Counted from the stretch's first letter, positions 1-9,148 are shown. The stretch is DNA of 64,000 nt from Candidatus Eiseniibacteriota bacterium (GCA_963717505.1 OY970342.1:298791-362790); one strand, 5' to 3'. The notes: generated from the sequence alone by a model not told the origin. Made by a program: numbers and translations.

Positions 1-393
1 GCCGAGCAGAATTTGAAGCTGCCGCGCCACGTCAGCCGGTTCGTGCTGACCATCGGCTCGACCGCAAACCAGAATGGCACCGCGCTGTTCGAAGGCGTGA
101 CCGTGCTGTTCCTCGCCCAGTTCTACGGCATCGACCTGAGCTTCGCCCAGCAGCTGACCGTGGTGTTCATCTGCATCCTGGGCGGCATTGGCACCGCCGG
201 CGTGCCGGCCGGATCGATCCCGGTCGTCATCATGATCCTCGGCATGGTCGGCGTTCCGGCCGAAGGCATCGGCATGATCCTCGGCGTCGACCGGTTCCTC
301 GACATGTGTCGGACGACGCTCAACGTCACCGGCGACCTGGCGGCGGCGGTGGTGGTGTCGCGCGGCGAGGCGATCGAGCCCGAAGGGCTGTAA
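1..393 (+). CDS. Dicarboxylate/amino-acid:cation symporter (DAACS/GltP family), C-terminal fragment; gene begins upstream of window
   Basis: Open frame from nt 1 (frame of ORF 13..393). Hydrophobic C-terminal segments carry the DAACS-type motif ...NVTGDLAAAVVVSRGE.... Stop at 391-393. Confidence 0.7.
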   Translation, partial: AEQNLKLPRHVSRFVLTIGSTANQNGTALFEGVTVLFLAQFYGIDLSFAQQLTVVFICILGGIGTAGVPAGSIPVVIMILGMVGVPAEGIGMILGVDRFLDMCRTTLNVTGDLAAAVVVSRGEAIEPEGL

Positions 394-396
394 CTG

Positions 397-2040
397 CTAC
401 CGCGTCGTATCCGGCGTGGCCGTCAGGTTGCGCAGGTCGTAGACCGAGTACTTCTTCGCTGCGTACAGGAAGTACGGCGCCAGGTCCGGCCGCTCGCCCT
501 TCATCATGTAGTGCGTCGCGCCGTACTTTTCACGCAATGCGATCAGTTCCGGGATCGATAGGCTGTCGACGTTGGCCTCGAGCTGCTTGCCGATCCGGAA
601 GCCTTTCTCGGTGAACGCCTCGCCCCGGTTCAAGTCCATCAGGCGTTCGCGCCATTCGATCAATCGGCGATCGAGCGGCGGGTGGCGCATCGACGCGATC
701 TGCGCGCGCTCGGCGACCGGCCAGAATCCGTAGATGGTCGAGGTCACGAACACGGCGTCCTTCGGCGTGTTGTCGCGGATCCAGTCGAGCAGCTCCTCTT
801 TCTCCTGGGGTCGCGGCCAGTCGCCGCGCATCACTTCGCCCAGGAATGTGTCGGGGGCATCGAGCGCCTTCTTGAGCACGTCGCGCTTGTACACCATCCA
901 GCCGCCACCAGCGAGCACCAGGATCCACACCACCCACCCGAATCGCTTGATCGCCTCGCCGCTCGCCATCCACCCGAACAGGAAGATGAAGAAGAATAGC
1001 GGCGGCAAGGCACTCCCCAACTGGCCGGGATAGACCTTGAGCACGGTATCGAGCGCCAGTCGCTGCGCCACCACCGCGATCATGAAAAACCCGATCATCG
1101 CCAACACCCACGCGCCGACGAATCGCGCCTCGCGCCGCTGCGGCCAGGCGAGGATCAGCAACGGCGCGAGCACGAACACGATGCCGGCGCCGGTCCACCG
1201 GTCCTGGCGCAACATGTAGTAGTCGACGTCGCAGCAGTGCGGCATCGCGAAGCGCACATAGATGTGGTCCATGAGCGCGCGTTCCTGGCTGGTGGCGCCC
1301 GAGGAGTGGAACAGGACGACCGCGCCGACCAGCGGCACGATGAACGGGGCCGCGGCCGCCAGGAACACGAGGACCTGCCGCAGCGTGTATTCCTTGCGGC
1401 GCACCAGCAACGTGATTGCCATCGCCAGCAAGGCCCACCCGCCGACGATGATGTGAAACGCTGTACCGAGTCCGGCCGCAGCACCGGCCCATGCCATTCG
1501 GCCGCGCAGCAGCAGCCAGACGGCGAAGAACATCAACGGGTACGAGAACGACTTGGGCTGGAAGCCCTCGAGCATCGAGCCGCACCAAGCCAGGGTCTGC
1601 CCCCATACCAGCCAGACCGCGAAGCCGGCGACCATCGCCCAGGGCCGGATGCGCAGCTCCTTGCAGACCAAGGCGATCGACCACGCGAGCAGCCCCCAGC
1701 ACAGGAGCCGGCCGAGGATCACGATCAGGAAGCCGTCGCGGCTCAGTGCCCACAGTGGCGCCAACAGGTAGTCGTAGAGCGCGGTGGTCGCCGGCAGCTT
1801 GGCCCAGGTGAAGTCGTTGGCCAGGAACGACGGGTCGTGCACTCGGCGCGAGCCGATCAGATAGAGCTGCTCGTGGAACGCGACCCGGGTCTCCCAGCAG
1901 AAGACCAGCATGAACAGGAAGATGAACCCGGCGGCGATCGTGTAGGGGTCGCGCAGAAGACGGAGCACGCCGCCCCCGGGGGGCCTGGCGTCGGTCGAGC
2001 GGTCGGTGGGTGTGTTCGAGGGCTGGGGGTGGACGAGCAT
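397..2040 (-). CDS. Polytopic membrane protein (~10 predicted TM helices) with a ~170-aa C-terminal soluble domain; function unknown (possible GT-C/ligase-like)
   Basis: 547-aa ORF with ATG at 2040 (cat 2038-2040). Long hydrophobic N-terminal two-thirds, then a hydrophilic C-terminal domain (…WIRDNTPKDAVFVTSTIYGFWPVAERAQ…). No family recognised by eye. Confidence 0.55.
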   Translation of the reverse strand: MLVHPQPSNTPTDRSTDARPPGGGVLRLLRDPYTIAAGFIFLFMLVFCWETRVAFHEQLYLIGSRRVHDPSFLANDFTWAKLPATTALYDYLLAPLWALSRDGFLIVILGRLLCWGLLAWSIALVCKELRIRPWAMVAGFAVWLVWGQTLAWCGSMLEGFQPKSFSYPLMFFAVWLLLRGRMAWAGAAAGLGTAFHIIVGGWALLAMAITLLVRRKEYTLRQVLVFLAAAAPFIVPLVGAVVLFHSSGATSQERALMDHIYVRFAMPHCCDVDYYMLRQDRWTGAGIVFVLAPLLILAWPQRREARFVGAWVLAMIGFFMIAVVAQRLALDTVLKVYPGQLGSALPPLFFFIFLFGWMASGEAIKRFGWVVWILVLAGGGWMVYKRDVLKKALDAPDTFLGEVMRGDWPRPQEKEELLDWIRDNTPKDAVFVTSTIYGFWPVAERAQIASMRHPPLDRRLIEWRERLMDLNRGEAFTEKGFRIGKQLEANVDSLSIPELIALREKYGATHYMMKGERPDLAPYFLYAAKKYSVYDLRNLTATPDTTR

Positions 2041-2097
2041 CGGCGAGCAACCATAACACCAGCCTGGAGAAACGGATCGGGCTACCGGGAATGATTT

Positions 2098-2123
2098 GGG
2101 GGTGGCGTAGGGGCGCCACCCCC
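2098..2123 (-). terminator. Perfect 10-bp GC hairpin (gggggtggcg-tagggg-cgccaccccc) between the PEP-CTERM-like gene and the membrane-protein gene; putative terminator/attenuator
   Basis: Inverted repeat read directly from the sequence. No clean U-tract, so an intrinsic-terminator call is tentative. Confidence 0.3.
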
Positions 2124-2145
2124 GGGTGCGGCCTGGAGGACCAGT

Positions 2146-2991
2146 CTAGGCCGCGATACGCGCGCGCTTCTTCCGGAGCACGACCAACCCGACGCCGGCC
2201 AGCGCGAAACCGAGGAGTGCGATGCTCACCGGCGACTGACCGGGCACGTTGACGGCCCCCTCGGTGTGGCTGGACGACCCGACCGCCGCCGTCGCCGACG
2301 AAGGGACATTCACGATCTTCGTGACATTGTTGGCGCGAATGTTCAGCGTATTTCCGGCCGATTGGTCGATCACGAAATTGCCGGAAGTGAAACCACCCGC
2401 GAACGACGCCGTGGGCACCAGCCCTGGTCTCGACTCGACCCGGATCGTGCCGACGAACACCGCGCCGGCGCCGTTCCCGTCGACATCGGCCTGGGCGGTG
2501 GCCGCGTCCGGATAGACGCGCAGGTTGCTGCTCGTGCCGGTCGAGCGGTTGGACGGGCTCTGAACCCGAAGCAGACCGTTCATGACCACCTGGACCTGAG
2601 TCGCGTTGACCGGAGTCATGACGATGTCCATCGAGTCGATGACCGTGGTGTCGCCGACGGCCGCCACGCCCGGACCCGCCGTGGCGAGTCCCTTGATGAA
2701 GGTGCGGCGAAAGATGTCCCCATCGGCTGCGCCTGCGCGCGCACTGCCATAGCCAACATTGGCGCCGGCGTTCCCTGAACGGAAGCACACGCGGGCCAGC
2801 ACACCGCCACCCGCGACAGCGAAATCACTACACGGTCCAATGCCACCCGCCGCATCGGCTCCGACGCTGACGTAGCGGAACCCCGGGGCCGAGATGGCCA
2901 CAGCGTGCGCTCCGGCCAGGGCGGCAAAGCCCGCCAAGCCTACGGCGGTGAGGAGTGCGACGGCGGCCTGCTTGTGAACGTTTCGAATCAT
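2146..2991 (-). CDS. Secreted Gly/Ala-rich protein with PEP-CTERM-like C-terminal anchor (TM helix plus basic tail)
   Basis: Start chosen at ATG 2991 (MIRNVHKQAAVALLTAVGLAGFAALAGAHA is a signal peptide), preceded by GGAGGA. C-terminus ...VPGQSPVSIALLGFALAGVGLVVLRKKRARIAA resembles a PEP-CTERM/exosortase sorting signal with a non-canonical PEP. Confidence 0.6.
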   Translation of the reverse strand: MIRNVHKQAAVALLTAVGLAGFAALAGAHAVAISAPGFRYVSVGADAAGGIGPCSDFAVAGGGVLARVCFRSGNAGANVGYGSARAGAADGDIFRRTFIKGLATAGPGVAAVGDTTVIDSMDIVMTPVNATQVQVVMNGLLRVQSPSNRSTGTSSNLRVYPDAATAQADVDGNGAGAVFVGTIRVESRPGLVPTASFAGGFTSGNFVIDQSAGNTLNIRANNVTKIVNVPSSATAAVGSSSHTEGAVNVPGQSPVSIALLGFALAGVGLVVLRKKRARIAA

Positions 2992-3061
2992 CGTGTTTCC
3001 TCCTGTCCCGTCGACCAAACCGGCCGGCGGCACGTATGGGATGGGAGGCTGCGAGCCCATG

Positions 3062-3120
3062 AACAAAAAGAAACGAGCCGGCCCCTCAATGGTGAACTTC
3101 GACCGAGAGGGGCTCGGCTC
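3062..3120 (-). terminator. Rho-independent terminator for the minus-strand ATP-grasp operon
   Basis: Imperfect GC stem gagccggcccctc / gagaggggctcggctc (3075-3120). On the minus strand it is followed by GTTTCTTTTTGTT (plus-strand 3062-3074 aacaaaaagaaac). Confidence 0.5.
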
Positions 3121-3192
3121 GATGCGCGGAATTATGCGCCCGACGATCGGAAAGTCAACGACTTGTTTCGGGGTCGGGTTTCGCCGCGAATT

Positions 3193-4230
3193 CTAGGGTG
3201 TTTGCGGCCGGTTCCCGTTGCCGTAGCGGGTCATCGCCAGCTCGACGATTCCGTTGATCAGCCCGGGGTAGTCGCGGCCTGACTCCTGGGCCGCCATCGC
3301 GAACTCGGCGCCGGGCAACAGGTGCGGGTTGGGGTTGACCTCGAGCACGTGCACCGTGCCGTCGCTCGCCACGCGAAAGTCGATGCGGCCGTAGTCGCGC
3401 AGCTCGAGCGCCTGGAACGCCTGGACCGCGGTCTGCTGGAGCTTGGCGGTCAGCTCCTCATCGAGATCCTTGGGGAAGAACGGCTGCGTGATCTTGTACG
3501 CCTCGGTGTCTTCCTCCCACTTCACTTCAGTGCCCGCGATCTTGGGCGTGCCCTTCGGCAGCTTGGACAGATCCAGCTCGACCACGGGTAGCGCCTCGGC
3601 GCGCTCGTTGCCGATCACCGCGACGTAGAACTCGCGGCCCTCGATGTACTCCTCGATCAGCGCCGGCGTATCGAAGTGCGCGTGGATGTAGTCGATGCGC
3701 TCCATCAGCTCCTTGATCGACCCACACACGGCACCAAACTGGATGCCGATCGAGCCGTCCTCGCGCGCCGGCTTGACGATCACCGGGAACGAGATGTCGT
3801 GCGCGTGCTCGGTGCGGCCGCGGAACACCAGGGCGAAGGTCGGCGTGTGGATACCGTGGAACTGGAAGATCTTCTTGGCCAGGGCCTTGTCCTGCGCCAG
3901 GTAGAGACCGTGGGACCCGGCGCCGGTGAAACGCCGGCCGAGCAGCTCGAGATACGCGGCGACGTTGGTGTCGTAGCCGTCGTTGCCGCCGAACGACTCG
4001 ACCAGGTTGAAGATCAGGTCGGTCTCGGTCTCGGCCAGCTCCTTGAGGCAATCCGGCGTGCCGTCGAGCCGCAGGAAGATGGGGCTGTGCCCGACTTCCT
4101 TGAGCGTCTCGTAGATCTTCTGGATGTCGTCGTCGGGCGACTGGCGCTTGGGGCGCGGACGTTCGCCGTCACGCGCCTCGTCTTCGTCCCACCAGTAGTC
4201 GTAGAGCACGCCGATGCGGAGCTTGGCCAA
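3193..4230 (-). CDS. ATP-grasp enzyme of the D-alanine--D-alanine ligase family (Ddl-like paralog)
   Basis: 345 aa. Ddl-like N-terminus (AKLRIGVLYD…) and ATP-grasp C-terminal region (…EYIEGREFYVAVIGN…GRIDFRV…LEVNPNP). TTG start at 4230 with GGGAGG 7 nt upstream. Confidence 0.75.
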   Translation of the reverse strand: MAKLRIGVLYDYWWDEDEARDGERPRPKRQSPDDDIQKIYETLKEVGHSPIFLRLDGTPDCLKELAETETDLIFNLVESFGGNDGYDTNVAAYLELLGRRFTGAGSHGLYLAQDKALAKKIFQFHGIHTPTFALVFRGRTEHAHDISFPVIVKPAREDGSIGIQFGAVCGSIKELMERIDYIHAHFDTPALIEEYIEGREFYVAVIGNERAEALPVVELDLSKLPKGTPKIAGTEVKWEEDTEAYKITQPFFPKDLDEELTAKLQQTAVQAFQALELRDYGRIDFRVASDGTVHVLEVNPNPHLLPGAEFAMAAQESGRDYPGLINGIVELAMTRYGNGNRPQTP

Positions 4231-4282
4231 TGGATGCCTCCCGCCCCTGGGAACTCGGGGACCCCTTCCGTGGGTTCCGGGC

Positions 4283-5296
4283 TCAGCTCAGGACGAATCT
4301 CCCCCGCGTCAGGTAGTTCATCGCCATCGTGGTGCCGTACGCGGTCAGCTCCACGAGATATTCGCCCTCCCGGGTGGTCGCGGCCTGGAGCCCGAGTTCC
4401 CGGCAGGTGCGGATGATGCGCTCGACCAGCGCGCGCACGACCGGGCGCTTGACCCCGGTCCAGTAGGTGATCTTGTCGGTCAGCGTCTCGCGGTGCGCCT
4501 GTAGAAGATCGGCCGCCGGGCGCACGTTCTTGCGCCGGCGTCCGGCCGGAATGAACAGATCGGCAAGGTCGCTTTCCAGCGCCACGTTCACGCCTGCCCC
4601 GTTCTGGCGAATCAGCCGCCGGTAGAACTGCGCCACCGTGAGCTTCATGTCCTCGACCGTGATGTCGAAATCTCCAGTCGACACCGCCGGATCCTGATCG
4701 CGGACCGAACGTACGACGCGGTCAACATACCGCAGCTTGATGAGCGCTGGCCAGAGCTTGTACTTGTGCCGCCAGTTGGAACGCGGCGTCAACCACACCG
4801 CAAACGTTTCGGCGAAGTCTTCGTCGGGGTGCTTCTGCGCGTACCAGCCCGCAATGTGCCGCACGTACTTGCGGCTGAACGGCACCGGACGGTAGTGGTC
4901 GCGATAGCGTCGGTTGTAGGGGCCGAACAGCTTGCGCCACTCGGGCGTCGCATACAGACGATACGCGTAGTTGAACGCGTGGCCGGCCTCGTGACGCAGG
5001 TACATCATGATCTCCTGCGCGTCTTCGAGGTCGTTCATCTGGCGTTCGAGTCGGGCGAGCTTGGGATCGGCGAGATAGAACGGAATCCCGATTACCGGCT
5101 GTCCGTCGGGACAGCCCCACTCGTCGGTCAAGTAGCACACCGGCCGAAATTTCTTGAGCCCCTTGCGCTCCAGCTCGCGATAGAGCTGATGGACGAAGTG
5201 CTCGACCGGCGAACCCTCGAGCCGCAGTCCGAGCTGGCTGATGCGCTTGCCGAGCAGCTCCTGAACGTCGGGCGGGGTTTTCTCGAAGTCGGTCAT
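4283..5296 (-). CDS. Putative zinc metallopeptidase (HExxH; 'putative zinc-binding metallopeptidase' family), upstream of and co-oriented with the ATP-grasp gene
   Basis: Start taken at ATG 5296 (MTDFEKTPPD…); the Arg/Pro-rich N-terminal extension of the track ORF looks like wrong-frame read-in. HEAGH motif (…MMYLRHEAGHAFNYAYR…). Confidence 0.65.
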   Translation of the reverse strand: MTDFEKTPPDVQELLGKRISQLGLRLEGSPVEHFVHQLYRELERKGLKKFRPVCYLTDEWGCPDGQPVIGIPFYLADPKLARLERQMNDLEDAQEIMMYLRHEAGHAFNYAYRLYATPEWRKLFGPYNRRYRDHYRPVPFSRKYVRHIAGWYAQKHPDEDFAETFAVWLTPRSNWRHKYKLWPALIKLRYVDRVVRSVRDQDPAVSTGDFDITVEDMKLTVAQFYRRLIRQNGAGVNVALESDLADLFIPAGRRRKNVRPAADLLQAHRETLTDKITYWTGVKRPVVRALVERIIRTCRELGLQAATTREGEYLVELTAYGTTMAMNYLTRGRFVLS

Positions 5297-5616
5297 GGTT
5301 CCGGATGAGGGTCGAGGGGCTGAGGCAGCCGCTGATGCTATCCGGCCCCTCGGGGGGCGACAAGCGCTGCGCGGTTCCGCTAGATTGGGCGGGAATGTCG
5401 GCAAAGACGCGACCTCGCGAACCACGTCACTGGGTGTGGCGCATTTTGACGATGCTGGCTCTGCTCGCGGGGCTCTACGATCCGGCGTGGGCGCAGTCCG
5501 ACCCGGCGCCGGCGCCGCCCAAGCTCGCACGGCCACGCTCGGTGGTCCCCACCTGAAGTGGTTGACCCGGCGAGGGGGCGCCGCTCCGGGGGAGCGGACT
5601 TCATACTCCGTGGACC

Positions 5617-6099
5617 ATGTCGTTGCGCTGGGTGGACTTCGAGGTCGAGCGCGCGCGCTGGCGGGCGACTGCGGCTTATCGGATCCTGCACACCGTTCAG
5701 CTCGGCGTTGAGTACAATATCGCCGCCAACGAGTTGGCGCCGCTCGCGACCTGGTTCCTGATGACCGAGGACGATCGCCGGCCGGCGGTGTTCCTGGGGA
5801 CCAGCTCCGATCGGATCGGTTCGCCGGAAGGCACGCAGTCGTACTACCTGACCGCAGCCAAGGCGTTCCCGGTCGTGCGCACGGCGCCCTACGTGACCAT
5901 CAACTACTCCGAATGGGATTCCGGATGGAACATCCCCTTCGGGGCCAACGTCGACCTAGGTGGCGGGTTCTCGGTGCTGCCGATGTACGATGGCGAGCGC
6001 GGGCATCTCACCGGCAGCTGGTCGAACGACCGAATGAGCGTCACGGCGCTTTGGGTGTGGTTCGAACATTTCGGCGTGGCCGCGGCCGTGGGATTCTGA
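5617..6099 (+). CDS. Outer-membrane beta-barrel-like domain protein ending in C-terminal Phe; apparently disrupted 5' end (see finding)
   Basis: 160-aa ORF with alternating amphipathic strands and a terminal ...AAAVGF. It lacks a signal peptide. A signal-peptide ORF (ATG 5395…AWAQ) in the same frame upstream is cut off by TGA codons at 5557 and 5566. Confidence 0.4.
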   Translation: MSLRWVDFEVERARWRATAAYRILHTVQLGVEYNIAANELAPLATWFLMTEDDRRPAVFLGTSSDRIGSPEGTQSYYLTAAKAFPVVRTAPYVTINYSEWDSGWNIPFGANVDLGGGFSVLPMYDGERGHLTGSWSNDRMSVTALWVWFEHFGVAAAVGF

Positions 6100-6121
6100 A
6101 CTCTCGAAGGAGATCGATGTC

Positions 6122-6814
6122 ATGAGATTCGCGATGATCGCGTTGCTCCTGTGCCTGGGGGTGTCGACGGCGTCGGCCGGCGAGCCCGCGGCCGCGGCGA
6201 GCGACAAGGCCTCCAGCGATGCGCCGGCGCTGCAGACTGCGGTCTGCCCGGTGTGCCGGCTCAACGGCGAAACCGAGCCCGAAGCGGTGAAGGCGACGCG
6301 CATCTGGAACGGAACCACCTACGGGTTCTGCTCCGACAAGTGCGCGCAGACCTTCGACGCCAATCCCGCCGCCTACGTGCTCGGCGAACTGCCGTACACC
6401 GCACCCGCGCTCGCGGCCAAGGGGCTGGACGGCAAGCCGGTCACCCTCGAGAAGCATGCCGGCCAGATCGTGCTGGTCGACTTCTGGGCGACCTGGTGTG
6501 CGCCCTGCATCAAGACCATGCCCGAGCTGCAGAAGCTGCACGATCGCTACGCGTCGCAAGGTGTGGTGATCCTCGGACTGTCGGTCGACGAGGATCCCAA
6601 GAAGGTCACCAAGTTCCTCAAGGGCAAGAAACTCACCTACCCGATCGCCCTCGATGCCGGCGAAACGCCGGCGTTCCAGACCTGGGGTGTTCAGGCCGTC
6701 CCGGCCGCGTTCCTGGTCGACCGTAGCGGCAAGGTGGTGGCGCGCTGGCTGGGTCGCACGGACCCGCGCGCCGTCGAGGAGGAAATCGAACTCCTTTTGA
6801 AAGCCGGCTCCTGA
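6122..6814 (+). CDS. Secreted YHS-domain / TlpA-like thioredoxin (thiol:disulfide oxidoreductase) fusion protein
   Basis: RBS GAAGGAGA 9 nt upstream of ATG 6122. Signal peptide. YHS/TRASH-like motif (CPVCRLNG…TYGFCSDKCAQTFDANPAAY). Thioredoxin-fold WCAPC active site with TlpA/ResA-like flanks. Confidence 0.85.
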   Translation: MRFAMIALLLCLGVSTASAGEPAAAASDKASSDAPALQTAVCPVCRLNGETEPEAVKATRIWNGTTYGFCSDKCAQTFDANPAAYVLGELPYTAPALAAKGLDGKPVTLEKHAGQIVLVDFWATWCAPCIKTMPELQKLHDRYASQGVVILGLSVDEDPKKVTKFLKGKKLTYPIALDAGETPAFQTWGVQAVPAAFLVDRSGKVVARWLGRTDPRAVEEEIELLLKAGS

Positions 6815-6963
6815 CCGAATTGCCGAATACCGGGCTTTGGCCCGGCTTCGGTCAAGGTCCGGACAAGATTACGCGACCTCCTGCAATTCCGTGGGACAAC
6901 ACACATCTCAACCGGTAGCCTGTCGACTCTGGTTCCCGTCCTCCCTCTGAAAGGAGCAACTTC

Positions 6964-7617
6964 ATGAAGCGCGTACTCATGCTGGCGGCAATGGCCCTGG
7001 CCGCGACGGCGTCGCTGGTCGGCGCCGAGCCCGCCCCCTACAAGATCGACGTGACCCACTCGGAAGTCGGCTTCCGGATCCGCCACTTCTTCTCGAAGAC
7101 GCCAGGCCGGTTCAACGACTACGCCGGCACGATCATGTTCGACGACAAGAACCTCGCGAACTCGTCGGTGGACGTGACCATCCAGACCGCGAGCATCTAC
7201 ACCAACAACGAGAAGCGCGACGGCCACCTGAAGAGCGCGGACTTCTTCGACGCCGAGAAACACCCGACGCTCACCTTCAAGAGCACCAAGATCGAGCCGG
7301 GCGAAGGCGGCAAGTTCAAGATCCACGGCGACCTGACCATGCGTGGCGTGACCAAGCCGGTGGTGCTCGATGCCGAGCTGGTCGGCAGTGGCAATCTAGG
7401 CCAGATGGGCACGCGCGCCGGGTTCGCCGCCTCGACCATGGTCAATCGCAAGGACTACGGCATCCTCTGGAACCGGACGCTCGACCAGGGCGGCACCATG
7501 CTCGACGACAATGTCACGATCGAGATCCAGATCGAGGCGATCAAGGTGGATCCGGCCAAGGAAGCAGCCGCAAAGGAAGCGGCGAAGCCGGCGGCGCCGG
7601 CCACGACTTCGAAGTAA
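6964..7617 (+). CDS. YceI-family periplasmic protein
   Basis: RBS AAAGGAGC upstream. Signal peptide MKRVLMLAAMALAATASLVGA. YceI-like core (…YKIDVTHSEVGFRIRHF…TLTFKSTKI…GDLTMRGVTKPV…). Confidence 0.85.
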   Translation: MKRVLMLAAMALAATASLVGAEPAPYKIDVTHSEVGFRIRHFFSKTPGRFNDYAGTIMFDDKNLANSSVDVTIQTASIYTNNEKRDGHLKSADFFDAEKHPTLTFKSTKIEPGEGGKFKIHGDLTMRGVTKPVVLDAELVGSGNLGQMGTRAGFAASTMVNRKDYGILWNRTLDQGGTMLDDNVTIEIQIEAIKVDPAKEAAAKEAAKPAAPATTSK

Positions 7618-7643
7618 CCCTTCGCCGTCTCGGCAAAGCAAAC

Positions 7644-7675
7644 GGCCTCCCGTCACCGGGAGGCCGTTCTGTTTT
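7644..7675 (+). terminator. Rho-independent terminator after the yceI-like gene
   Basis: Stem ggcctcccg (7644-7652), loop tcac, stem cgggaggcc (7657-7665), followed by gttctgtttt. Confidence 0.7.
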
Positions 7676-7725
7676 CGCTACGGTAGGCCGCCGCCGCTTC
7701 CTCGCTCGACGCGGGGCGGGTGCGA

Positions 7726-8340
7726 CTAGGGCTTGGTCTGGCTGGTTTCCGATGCCGAGCCTTCGACTGCCTTCGCACCAGTGCCGGCTTCCGCATCGGG
7801 GTGCGCGGCGACCCACGTGTCGATCGCGGTCTTGAGTGCCGCGTGCTCTTCGGTGGCGCGCAGGCGCTCGAGTTGCGCGAGCTGCTCGCGAGCGCCCACC
7901 AGGTTGCCCATCGCCAGGTGGGTTTCGCCCAGGTACTCGCGCGCCGGCGCATAGTCGAACTTGATTTCGAGGCACTTCTCGTACGCGGCCAGCGAGCGTT
8001 TGTAGTCGTTCAAGTTGCGCGCGGCGTAGCCGACCAGGTTCCAGGCTTCGAAGTACTTCTCGTCGAACTGGGTCGCGCGCTCGGCGCGGTCGAGTGCTTT
8101 GCGGAACTTCTTCTCGGCGTTCTTGGTCTTGCCCTTGGCCAGATCCTGCTTGGCCTTGCCGATCTCCTCGTAGGCCCCGGCGTAACTCAGCTCGGCTTCC
8201 TGCCGCGGGGTCTTGGCCTCGTTCGAACTCTCGGGCAGCGAAGAGGGCGTCGAGGGCGGTGAGGGCGGCGGCGAACCCCCATTGGCGTACGCGCTGCCAG
8301 CCACCAGCAGCAATGCGGGAATCAGCTTTCGAACGTTCAT
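7726..8340 (-). CDS. Secreted TPR-repeat protein
   Basis: Start at ATG 8340 (MNVRKLIPALLLVAGSAYA signal peptide); the track's GTG at 8352 is less likely. TPR-like helical repeats (…YFEAWNLVGYAARNLNDYKRSLAAYEKCLEIKFDYAPAREYLGETHLAMGN…). Confidence 0.7.
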   Translation of the reverse strand: MNVRKLIPALLLVAGSAYANGGSPPPSPPSTPSSLPESSNEAKTPRQEAELSYAGAYEEIGKAKQDLAKGKTKNAEKKFRKALDRAERATQFDEKYFEAWNLVGYAARNLNDYKRSLAAYEKCLEIKFDYAPAREYLGETHLAMGNLVGAREQLAQLERLRATEEHAALKTAIDTWVAAHPDAEAGTGAKAVEGSASETSQTKP

Positions 8341-8618
8341 GACGGACCTCACGGTTACGGCCGGGACATCGCCCGTCTACCCGCTCGCAGGTTCGACGCG
8401 GCTGGGCGCTCGTCCGAATTCTGCCACGGTTCCCACCGCGGTGGTAGTCTGCACCCATGCCGACCCGACGAGGATCACGGCCGAGTCCGCGACGGTCCGC
8501 GACAAAACGACGCAAGACGGTGCGTCCCAAGTCCATCGCCGCTCGTTCGAGAGCGACCGCCGCCGGGCCGGCACGCCGCAAGGCCGTCGCCGCACGCCCC
8601 ACCCCCGCCCAGGACTCG

Positions 8619-9098
8619 ATGTACCGATTGCGCATCGTCGAGATGCTGTCGGGAGGCAACGCTCACGTCACGTTCGCCGGCGCGATCGCCGAGTTCCCCG
8701 TGGAGTTGCGCGGCCAGCTGCCTCCGGGTGCAGCGCACACCCCATGGCAGGTGCTCGAGCACATGCGCATTACCCAATGGGACATCCTGGAATTCAGCCG
8801 CGACCCGGCTCATGTGTCGCCCAAGTTTCCGGATGGCTACTGGCCGGTCGAGGGCACACCCCCCGACGCCCGCGCGTGGGACCGTTGCATCGCCAAGTTC
8901 AACGCGGACCTCGATGCCATGAAGAAGTTGGTCGCTGACCCGCGGCGCGACCTGCACGCGCGCCTGATCCATCCGGACGCCAAGCCGCATCACACGCTGG
9001 CGCGCGAGGCCCTGGTGCTCGCGGATCACAACTCCTATCACCTTGGCGAGCTGATCCTAATCCGCCGCCTGCTCGGCGCGTGGCCCCGGACCCGGTAG
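8619..9098 (+). CDS. DinB/YfiT-like (DinB_2) four-helix-bundle metal-dependent protein
   Basis: 159 aa from ATG 8619 (MYRLRIVEML…), a typical DinB_2 size. The upstream ATG 8457 would add a 54-aa Arg/Lys/Pro-rich extension that looks like wrong-frame translation. The family call rests on weak motif recollection. Confidence 0.45.
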   Translation: MYRLRIVEMLSGGNAHVTFAGAIAEFPVELRGQLPPGAAHTPWQVLEHMRITQWDILEFSRDPAHVSPKFPDGYWPVEGTPPDARAWDRCIAKFNADLDAMKKLVADPRRDLHARLIHPDAKPHHTLAREALVLADHNSYHLGELILIRRLLGAWPRTR

Positions 9099-9148
9099 CC
9101 GCACACTCGCCCCGCGGCGTTCGCGGCTGCCTGGGTCGGTAGCCGACC

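Noticed and set aside
530-2788. 752-aa Arg/Gly-rich ORF antisense/out of frame to the 397..2040 and 2146..2991 genes, and many similar long ORFs (e.g. 10369..12393, 16970..18211, 33257..35488, 35136..37610, 37000..38502, 42011..45055, 46718..50899, 53037..54995, 53651..55654, 56684..58360, 9325..10503 part of 9325..12261)
   Set aside because: Typical spurious open frames of ~70% GC DNA: Arg/Ala/Gly/Pro-rich low-complexity translations. They overlap well-supported genes with recognisable domains on the other strand or frame.
8457-8618. Upstream ATG giving a 54-aa highly basic N-terminal extension (MPTRRGSRPSPRRSATKRRK…) on the DinB-like gene
   Set aside because: The composition looks like wrong-frame translation. 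DinB_2 proteins are ~160 aa, matching the internal start at 8619.
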